A stretch of DNA of 40,918 nucleotides from an uncultured Bacilli bacterium (GTDB lineage: Bacteria; Bacillota_I; Bacilli_A; RF39; UBA660), in assembly GCA_944359705.1 (NCBI GenBank), contig CALVSZ010000002.1:1-40918 (forward strand), read 5' to 3'. The translations under genes were made by a program, and so were the position numbers. Every line of letters starts with the position of its first letter. Within the stretch, counting starts at the first letter, position 1. Shown here one piece after another: positions 17,610 through 29,000 of this stretch. The notes under the pieces are model-generated. The model was not told where the DNA came from and did not search any database. It saw nothing but the letters and a program-made list of their open reading frames with translations.

Positions 17610-17777
17610 ATGGCAATTAAAGTAACTAATAAAAGAGCTAAAACTGTAAACAATAGACCAAATTGTTTAAAAATAACTAAAAGAACACAAAAAGTAAATT
17701 TACAAAATATTACAGTTAATGGTGTTAAATTTAAAACAAGCGCAAGAGAAGCAAGAACACTAAAAAAATGTGCATAA
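17610..17777 (+). CDS. Divergent ribosomal protein bL28-like small protein (55 aa; absent from the supplied ORF track)
   Basis: My own translation is MAIKVTNKRAKTVNNRPNCLKITKRTQKVNLQNITVNGVKFKTSAREARTLKKCA. It is preceded by the RBS aaggaggg. The pattern NNR....K.TKR....NLQ....VNG.....SAR resembles B. subtilis L28 ([41 protein letters not shown]). Confidence 0.55.
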   Translation: MAIKVTNKRAKTVNNRPNCLKITKRTQKVNLQNITVNGVKFKTSAREARTLKKCA

Positions 17778-17801
17778 AGTATTGAATAAATACTTTTTTT
17801 T
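17777..17801 (+). terminator. Rho-independent terminator after the L28-like ORF; it may also end the convergent minus-strand operon
   Basis: 7-bp stem aagtatt/aatactt with a 5-nt loop, followed by tttttttt. An A-run after it gives partial symmetry for the opposite strand. Confidence 0.55.
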
Positions 17802-17817
17802 ATAAAAAAAAATAAGA

Positions 17818-18633
17818 TTAATGATTAGGAATAACACTTCCAAATCGATCAATCTTAGGAAAAGATGAAATTATTTTTTCTTTTATATTATTATCTTCCT
17901 TAGTTTCTTCTAATTTATGATTAAGCTCATCGAAAAACTCTTGAGGGAATTCTTCCGTTTTTTCTCTTAATTCATCAAAAGTAGTATCATCAAATTCACT
18001 AGAATGTGGGTACTTTTCATTAATTTCTTTTACTAATGACTGAATAATATCATCATTATTAAAAGAAATTTCATTAACATCTTGCTTATTTTCCTTTACT
18101 TCATCCATTATTTCATTAATCATATTAATTTTATTACTATCTTCGTTTACTAAATCAATAAAATCATTATTTTCTAAAGAAATATTTGAATCACCTTCAG
18201 TGTCTTCTTTGCTATCTTCTATAATATCATTTAAAGAATCTTTATTATCTTCTTTTATTAAATCAATAAAATCTTCTTTATCGTTATTTTTTTCTTCTTC
18301 GGTATCATTTAAGAAAACATTTAAAGAAGAATTATCATTAGTAAAAATATCATCTTTTTTAGTGTCTATAAAAGAATCAAAATCCTTATTAAAAAAACTT
18401 TCATCACTTTCTTTATCAGAATTAATATTTGAAGTAGTCTTCTCTATAGTCTTTATTTCAGGAGTATTTTCTTCTATTTTTGGTAAAGTTTCTTTTTTTA
18501 TTGGATGTATTTCAACATTTTTATCATTTGTATTAAATATATCTTTACTATCTAAAAACACTCCATCACTTGCAAATATATCATTATCATTATTAGTAAA
18601 CAAACTATCATCAATATTCTTTTTATTACTCAT
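17818..18633 (-). CDS. Highly acidic low-complexity protein (271 aa); last gene of the F1-like ATPase operon
   Basis: D/E/N/K/I-rich throughout, with no TM segment. Its start lies 3 nt after the gamma-like gene stop. Confidence 0.7.
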   Translation of the reverse strand: MSNKKNIDDSLFTNNDNDIFASDGVFLDSKDIFNTNDKNVEIHPIKKETLPKIEENTPEIKTIEKTTSNINSDKESDESFFNKDFDSFIDTKKDDIFTNDNSSLNVFLNDTEEEKNNDKEDFIDLIKEDNKDSLNDIIEDSKEDTEGDSNISLENNDFIDLVNEDSNKINMINEIMDEVKENKQDVNEISFNNDDIIQSLVKEINEKYPHSSEFDDTTFDELREKTEEFPQEFFDELNHKLEETKEDNNIKEKIISSFPKIDRFGSVIPNH

Positions 18634-18636
18634 AGT

Positions 18637-19425
18637 CTACCCCTTTCTAGTATACTTAGTCTTTTTATAATTTTCTACAGTTTTTAAAATAGTTTCCTCA
18701 TTTTTTTCTTTAATTCTTTTTGCTTTATTTTGCTCTTCAATTTCATCTAATCTATCTAAAGATAAATTTGTGATAATGCTTCTTTTTACATTTTCAGCAG
18801 CATAACAATTCTTTTCAAACATTTTAAGTTCATAACATATATAAAAAGCAGTCATACTACTTAACATTTTATGTATATCAGTTTCTAGTGTAAAGTCTTC
18901 TCCCTCACTGTATTCACCTTCAAACTCTATTGGAAAGACCTTTTTACTCATAAACTCAAATGTTGTCGTATTATAATAATGATTATAATATACATTAATT
19001 TCACTATATGATAAATTTAAAATAGATTCTCTTATTATTTTTTCAATTCTACTAAATTCATCATAAAAACTTTTTTTATCAATTGCTAATATTGTTAAAT
19101 CGTCTCTATATTTTATTTGTTTTCCTATTATTATTTTATAACAATCTTTATCTTTTAATATTTGTCCATTAATCATTGCATTAAAATTGCCACAAAACCC
19201 ATAATCACTGGCTATATATATACTAAGTTTGGGTTTTGACTTATCAGGGACTAATATATTTTTATCTAGTATTAAATTTTTGTTATACATAATCCTAGAC
19301 ATTAATTTTGTAAGTTCCGTACTAACATTCATAAGTTCATTTGCTTTTTTCTTAGCACTATCAACCCTCAGAAGTGAGTGAAAATTCATAACTTTAACTA
19401 CTTTTTTTAAACTCTCAGTTTTCAT
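18637..19425 (-). CDS. F1 gamma-subunit-like protein
   Basis: Its size (262 aa) and its N- and C-terminal helices resemble the gamma coiled-coil ends: SLKKVVKVMNFHSLLRVDSAKKKA... and ...AAENVKRSIITNLSLDRLDEIEEQNKAKRIKEKNEETI. The position in the cassette supports this. Similarity is remote. Confidence 0.55.
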   Translation of the reverse strand: MKTESLKKVVKVMNFHSLLRVDSAKKKANELMNVSTELTKLMSRIMYNKNLILDKNILVPDKSKPKLSIYIASDYGFCGNFNAMINGQILKDKDCYKIIIGKQIKYRDDLTILAIDKKSFYDEFSRIEKIIRESILNLSYSEINVYYNHYYNTTTFEFMSKKVFPIEFEGEYSEGEDFTLETDIHKMLSSMTAFYICYELKMFEKNCYAAENVKRSIITNLSLDRLDEIEEQNKAKRIKEKNEETILKTVENYKKTKYTRKG

Positions 19426-19948
19426 TTTTCACCTTCTTCTTTGGCACTTGTAATTTGACAATGTTATTTAATCTTCTAAACATTGTATAAGTATAATATA
19501 AAAACACAAATATTACTACGAATAGAAGAATAATTGATAAAGCAGTATTTCCATCAGTTGTCAAATAATCTTTAAATATAGTAATTACATAAATAGAAAT
19601 AATTTCTATTAATGAAGATATCAAATTTATTAACATTCTTTTAAAATTAGTAGAAAATAAATCAGATAAAATTATTAATACTATTGAAAAAATAGCATAA
19701 ATATAATTCATTTGAAAATTAATTAAACACCAAACTAAAAACAAATAATTAATAGACACTAAAGAAAATGATAAAATAGCATTATTATTCATATTCAAAA
19801 AGACACCATATAATTTTATTTTATCAATAGAAAATCTTTTAGATAATATTTTTAAAGTAATTGATAAGATAATTAAAAATATAACAGCTACAGCAGTAAA
19901 ACCTAATAAATTATATATAATATCACTATAATTCATAATTTCCCTCAT
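19415..19948 (-). CDS. Polytopic membrane protein (177 aa, about 5 predicted TM helices), unrelated to the F0 a subunit
   Basis: Hydrophobic stretches run through the protein. It overlaps both neighbours (23 nt and 11 nt). It has no a-subunit-like helix with a conserved Arg. Confidence 0.7.
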   Translation of the reverse strand: MREIMNYSDIIYNLLGFTAVAVIFLIILSITLKILSKRFSIDKIKLYGVFLNMNNNAILSFSLVSINYLFLVWCLINFQMNYIYAIFSIVLIILSDLFSTNFKRMLINLISSLIEIISIYVITIFKDYLTTDGNTALSIILLFVVIFVFLYYTYTMFRRLNNIVKLQVPKKKVKNEN

Positions 19949-20189
19949 TAATCATTAAATTAAATTCATTATTACTATTCATATAAAACCCTTTTATATT
20001 TTTAAAAGATATATCTACATCATCACCTTTTATATCAATATTACCATCAAATTCCCCAATTATTGGCAAATAATCAACCATAATAAGTAAATTATAGTCT
20101 TTACTAATTATTCTTACTAATTTTATATTTTCATATATTGTTAATCCATGATCAAGTTCAAATAATCTAACTTTAAAACTAGTGTTCAT
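19926..20189 (-). CDS. F1 epsilon-subunit-like beta-sandwich protein
   Basis: 87 aa. IMVDYLPIIGEFDGNIDIK...FKNIKGFYMNSNNEFNLMINE parallels the epsilon pattern (G..GILP.H.P....L..G.V......GGF.EV....V.ILA). It sits directly after beta. The C-terminal helical hairpin is absent. Confidence 0.5.
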   Translation of the reverse strand: MNTSFKVRLFELDHGLTIYENIKLVRIISKDYNLLIMVDYLPIIGEFDGNIDIKGDDVDISFKNIKGFYMNSNNEFNLMINEGNYEL

Positions 20190-20334
20190 TATATTTACCT
20201 ATATATAAGAATTCATTCTCATCTATTTCATCATATTTTCCAGATAAAATATTTTCAACGTCATTAAGTACATCTTCTAATTCAACATACTCTCCCTTTA
20301 TGTTTTTAAATTGTTTATATACATGTAGAGGTTT
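20179..20334 (-). other. In-frame continuation of the beta-like gene beyond a TAA codon (encodes the missing beta C-terminus)
   Basis: My translation after the TAA at 20335-20337 is KPLHVYKQFKNIKGEYVELEDVLNDVENILSGKYDEIDENEFLYIGKYNEH-stop. This aligns with the canonical beta C-terminus (QPFFVAEVFTGSPGKYV.L..T...F..IL.GE.D..PE.AFY.VG). The frame ends at 20179 and overlaps the next ATG (20189) by 11 nt. Confidence 0.7.
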
Positions 20335-22843
<2,509 letters not shown>

Positions 22844-22845
22844 AA

Positions 22846-23857
<1,012 letters not shown>

Positions 23858-23876
23858 TTAATCACTCCTTTGCCTA

Positions 23877-23905
23877 TTATATTATTATTATAGCATTAAC
23901 TATAT
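23877..23905 (-). promoter_or_regulatory. Possible internal sigma-A-type promoter ahead of the ATPase cassette
   Basis: On the minus strand TTGCAA, a 17-nt spacer, then TATAAT, in the only sizeable intergenic gap of the operon. No terminator hairpin is seen in that gap. AT-rich DNA produces such matches easily. Confidence 0.4.
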
Positions 23906-23915
23906 TTTATTGCAA

Positions 23916-24650
23916 TTATTTTATTTCATTTAAATATGACGGTCCCATTAATAAAGTAAAACTATCAAAATAAACACATTGATCATAGTTTAACTCTATA
24001 TTATAGTAATCATTCTTTGCAATTACTTGTTCATTTCTCATATCTAATATTTTATATGTATCAGTTTCTCTATCATAGTATTCAATACCATTTCCAACAT
24101 TTACTCTAATATACGACATCGGACTTAAAGTTATTTCTTCATTTCCGATTGTAATAATAGTTTCCATTAAGAAAAAGTATAAATCTACTCCATCATATAA
24201 AAAACTATACTCTAATTCTTTATCATATTCATTAGATTTTAATAAATACTTATTATTTTCTTTATCCCAAGTAATTGTAGAATAGTTAACTATTTTCTCT
24301 TGTTTATAATTTTTTAGTGGTCTAACTACTGTCATACTTTTAGGAAATAAAACCTTAACTTCATTATCTTTAAAATAAATAGGTACCGTAGTTAAATCAA
24401 TTTTTTTGTTAACAATATCCATATCAACAATATTATCTTGACGATTTAATTTTAATACAGCATCATATTCAACTTTCATACCTGCAAAATATTGATAAAA
24501 GGAAGCATTATGATCGGTAGTATGATTTACGTATAATTTATGTATACTATAAATTGCAAAAACTAAAATTAATATAATAATTAGTGATATTGGAATTAAT
24601 ACTCCATAATATTTATTAATAAAAGTTTTAAATTTCTCCTTTTTATTCAT
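23916..24650 (-). CDS. N-terminally anchored extracytoplasmic protein (244 aa)
   Basis: A single TM helix (YGVLIPISLIIILILVFAIYSI) is followed by a beta-rich domain. The RBS ggaggcagtt lies directly after the stop of the upstream gene. Confidence 0.75.
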   Translation of the reverse strand: MNKKEKFKTFINKYYGVLIPISLIIILILVFAIYSIHKLYVNHTTDHNASFYQYFAGMKVEYDAVLKLNRQDNIVDMDIVNKKIDLTTVPIYFKDNEVKVLFPKSMTVVRPLKNYKQEKIVNYSTITWDKENNKYLLKSNEYDKELEYSFLYDGVDLYFFLMETIITIGNEEITLSPMSYIRVNVGNGIEYYDRETDTYKILDMRNEQVIAKNDYYNIELNYDQCVYFDSFTLLMGPSYLNEIK

Positions 24651-24660
24651 AACTGCCTCC

Positions 24661-26079
24661 TTATTTTATCTTTACTTTATATCTTACATCAACATCAATA
24701 AAATATCCACTAAATTTAACATCACTTAAACTTATAGTAACAAACTCACCTATGTTATCAAATTTAAATGAACCAGACACACTTTCTTTATTAGCAAGCG
24801 TACCATTACTAAATGTGCTAGCATACCTTACTGTTTCGCCATTTTCTAATTCACTATTTAAATTAACTGTTAATGCATCCAAAGAATAATCTTTATCTAG
24901 AATTACACTGTAATATATTGTCTTTCCAGCAATCTTATCTATTCTAAGCGAAATATCAGGCTTACCTACCGTAACACTAGTTTCATCAAACATTTCTTCT
25001 ACTCTAACACCCTCAACGTAATAAATATACTTAAATTTCAAATTATATCTAATATTAGCTTTTAAACCAGTAATTATAAAATTAGTATTCATTTTATCAA
25101 AATATCCGACACTAACAAGACGATTATCACTATCATATACTTCTACAAATACTGATTCATATTCATTAAGTGGATCGTATATTACATAATCAATAGATAT
25201 ATTTCCAACAGAAGGGTTAACAGATATAATTGACGTAGTTTTTGTTTTGTCAATGATATCATCGATATTTACATCATTATTATCATTTCCTGTATTATTA
25301 CCACCTGTTTGATCTTGATTATTATTTTCACCCGTTTGATTATTGTCATTACCACCAGTATTATCTTGGTTATTACCTTGATTATTATTGGATTCATCAT
25401 CAGGTTTATCTTCTGGCTTTGTATATTCATTTGTACTTCCAATAATTTTCTTTAAATCAATTGTTTGACCAGCAATAACTAATTCTTCATTAGCAATATC
25501 AAAAGTATAATTAGAAGTAATAATTGTTGTTGGTTCAAAGGTTTTTAAATTAACTTCATTATTTAATAATACTGCATTACCAGTTTTATCTAATTCTACA
25601 ATCAAATAATTTTTAGTGTTTAAACTACCGTTATCAGTTTTAATAGAAGGGTCAATCAATAAGTACTTACGATCAGCTATTTTTAAAAACTTACTTTGAG
25701 TAGTTCTAACAACTGTTTCATCTTCATAGACAATAACATTGTCTTCTCCACTAGAAGTTACTTCATAAAATTTTCCATATAATTGCATTATATCTTTACT
25801 TGGATTGTAAATAATACCATTCTTTCCAAGTAAATACATATCATCATCTTCCATAAGATAGTAATCGTCATTCCATTTTATTTTTAATACAGATTCACTT
25901 TCTAGTTTAATTAAATTTTTATCTTTATCATATAATATAGAACCAATATCGATAAAATATTCTATCTTTCCATTTTTAATTACTTTGGCAATAAAAAAGG
26001 AAAAGATGATAATTAAAATCAAACTAGCGAGTACTATTAAACCAAAATATACTTTATTTCTTTTATCATATTTCCTCAT
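24661..26079 (-). CDS. N-terminally anchored surface protein (472 aa) with an N/G/Q/D-rich linker and two beta-sandwich modules
   Basis: TM helix VYFGLIVLASLILIIIFSFFIA, a ~190-aa juxtamembrane domain, the linker PEDKPDDESNNNQGNNQDNTGGNDNNQTGENNNQDQTGGNNTGNDNND, then FN3/Ig-like modules (e.g. IITGLKANIRYNLKFKYIYY). Confidence 0.8.
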   Translation of the reverse strand: MRKYDKRNKVYFGLIVLASLILIIIFSFFIAKVIKNGKIEYFIDIGSILYDKDKNLIKLESESVLKIKWNDDYYLMEDDDMYLLGKNGIIYNPSKDIMQLYGKFYEVTSSGEDNVIVYEDETVVRTTQSKFLKIADRKYLLIDPSIKTDNGSLNTKNYLIVELDKTGNAVLLNNEVNLKTFEPTTIITSNYTFDIANEELVIAGQTIDLKKIIGSTNEYTKPEDKPDDESNNNQGNNQDNTGGNDNNQTGENNNQDQTGGNNTGNDNNDVNIDDIIDKTKTTSIISVNPSVGNISIDYVIYDPLNEYESVFVEVYDSDNRLVSVGYFDKMNTNFIITGLKANIRYNLKFKYIYYVEGVRVEEMFDETSVTVGKPDISLRIDKIAGKTIYYSVILDKDYSLDALTVNLNSELENGETVRYASTFSNGTLANKESVSGSFKFDNIGEFVTISLSDVKFSGYFIDVDVRYKVKIK

Positions 26080-26088
26080 AATTGCCTC

Positions 26089-29000
26089 CTATTTATTTCC
26101 TTTTACTTCAATATAGTTATTAGATGTAGACACCGGTACTTCTGAACCGTCTTCTCCCAATACATTAAAAGTAAAATATACTTCATATAAAGAGTTAAGA
26201 TCAAATGTTATATTTTCTGGAGAAATTACAAATTCGTGTTCTAACGTATCTGTACCATTATCTATTTTCACAAAATTATTTTCTTGTCCTTCACCTATTT
26301 TATAAGTACCTTCAGCTACCTTGTCTGATAATTTATATATCTCATATTTCATAGAAACTATTTTTTCTAAGTTAGAGCTATTTTTAAAAGTCATTTTAAT
26401 ATTATCAGTACCAAGTGCACCAGAAACTGAACCTAATGAAACACCTGATGGACCAGTTGTATAAACTTCATAATTAGTAGTAATTGTTTTTCTTATATAA
26501 TTATCTACAGGCTGTCCATTCAAATCAGCTTCTTGCCTTAAACTAAAGTTATTTGTATATATTTCATAACTTACTTCAATAATGTATTTAATATCTGGAA
26601 CTAAGTCAACTTGAATATTATATTTATCTGGATTATCTACACTACTTGCAAATTTAATCATTTTTAATTCATCCACAGATAGATTTTCAGCCTTAGCAAC
26701 TTCTGTTTTTGTCTCATTAGTTAAAAGTCTTACTGTATAAACACCATTAGTAATAACTTTATCACTATCTTTTATACCTACTCCAACCTCGATTGAATAT
26801 ACACCGTCAACTAAATTGGACATTTTACTAATTGTTGTTTCTGGTTGTTTTAGTTCATTTAATACAAGAAAGTTATTATATATTTCAACATATTCATCCT
26901 CTTTTGTTGTATCTGTAATAGCAATTAATTCTAATCTAAAGTAATCAGCACCATATATGGCATCAATTGAATTTGTTATATCAAACTCAAATTTCACATT
27001 AGCATTATCTATTATTTGATCATTAGTAATGGTTTCTGTACCAATTATTTCATCATTTTCCCATAAATTTATAAGTAAATCATAGTTTTTACCATAATTA
27101 ACAAGTTCGTTGTTTAATGTTAAATCAAAACTAATTTTTCTATTTAGATATTTTATTTCTGTACTCTCAGACAAATGATTATATGTAATATTCCCAAAAA
27201 GTTCACTACCTCTTAATGAAGTAAACGAATACTCAACAGGTCTACATTCACCTTGATTACATGTATCAATATCATTAAGTTGTGTATAAGCTTCGCCATT
27301 TTTATCTAACTTTGCAAATAATTTATACTTATATGTTGTAGCATCATCTAAATTATATATATTAAATATTGTTTCTTTAGCATATCCATTTTCTACAGTA
27401 ATCTCTTTTTTATAAGTTTTTATTAATTCATCTGTTTCATTATTATATAATTCTAAATAAATATAGTATTTATTATCTTCTTTTATAAATCCTCTGCTTA
27501 ACATATTACTAGTAATACCCGTAGTATCAATAGTAATATCTGCACCATTTATAACGCCATCATAAGTAGTTGAAACGTCAGGAGTAATACTATAAAATAT
27601 GAAATTAGTATCTCCTACTGGCTTAACAGAAGTTTTAGATAAAGATTTAAACGTAATAGTATAATTACCATATTTCATTCCTTCATAAGTTTTTGCTAAA
27701 GTTATTCTAGTATTAAATAACTTATTTTCATTATCAGATACTTCATCAAAGGTATATAATTTATTAGACCTATCTATTAAATTATATAAAGTAGCATTAT
27801 TACCTGACATTTGGTAATAATAAACTCCAGGCATTGAAGTCGCTTCTATAAGTTTACTTTGGCTATCCAAAACTAAGTATGATCCTTGACCTGATTCGTT
27901 ACTATTTTGTTGAACTAAATATCCAATATCAGAAGTGTTTCCAATTAAACCATTATCATAAATAGCATTAACTTCTACAGTTAAATTTCTATTATTAAAG
28001 TTTTCTATTTCTGCATATTTAATTTCTTTATATAATACACATGAATCATCTGTACATTCTTTAAAGTTTGTAAAAGTCTTATTATATTTAATAGAATCTC
28101 CATCTTTTATTAATACTTGAAAAGCAGATATTCTCTTTAAAACGCTATTAATATTCCCTGTTGGAAGTATCTTAACTACTACTTTATTACTAATTTGGTT
28201 ATTAGTAATACTATATTCTATATTTAAATCTTCTTCTTTATAAAATCCGTCAAAAGTATATTTATTTTCAATATCTACTGAAACATCACTATCAACATTT
28301 CCTGTTTTAATAGTAGCTATTTTATAATAAATATCATATCTAGTATTATTAGTTAAACCACTTATTGTAAATTCAGTATCTGTATTATTTTCAAATTCTA
28401 CTTTATATTCTTCAGATCCGACTCTATAATTTATATAATATTTAGATTCATCCATTCCTTTATATAGAGCCTTATCAAAATCTTGTACTCTAAATGAATA
28501 TGTAATACTATCTTCTGTACTTGATACAACATTTAATTTAAAATCTGGCTTATCTTTTTCTAATTTTAATGGAGAAGAATCAACATATTTTTTATCTGTT
28601 CTTCCAGGATAGTAATAATCAATTGTACCATCTTTATCACTATCTACAGTTATGTAGAATCTAAATTTAAATGTATTACCTCTATTTAAAGTTATATTTC
28701 CATCTTTTAAAAGAATATCTTTTTCATTATAATCAGTACCATTTGTATGAAAAATATTTCTAGTATATTTCCCTGATGTAACTCCTACCGGACTAAAGTC
28801 ATGACATTCATTTGTTATTGTATTACAAACCCCTAAAACTAACTTAATATCAGATTCTGGGAATAATACATTTAAATTATTATAGTCAAAATCGGCAACT
28901 ATTTCTACTAAACTACCATTTCTTTTAGCAGTAATTGTAGGATCACCTAAAATATCATCTGCAATTAATGTATCATCAATTTTAAACGCATAGATATTAT

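Noticed and set aside
18200-18670. 156-aa plus-strand S/L/F-rich ORF
   Set aside because: It is the mirror image of the D/E/N/K-rich acidic gene (GAA/GAT/AAA codons read backwards give TTC/ATC/TTT). It is also convergent with the operon and has no RBS.
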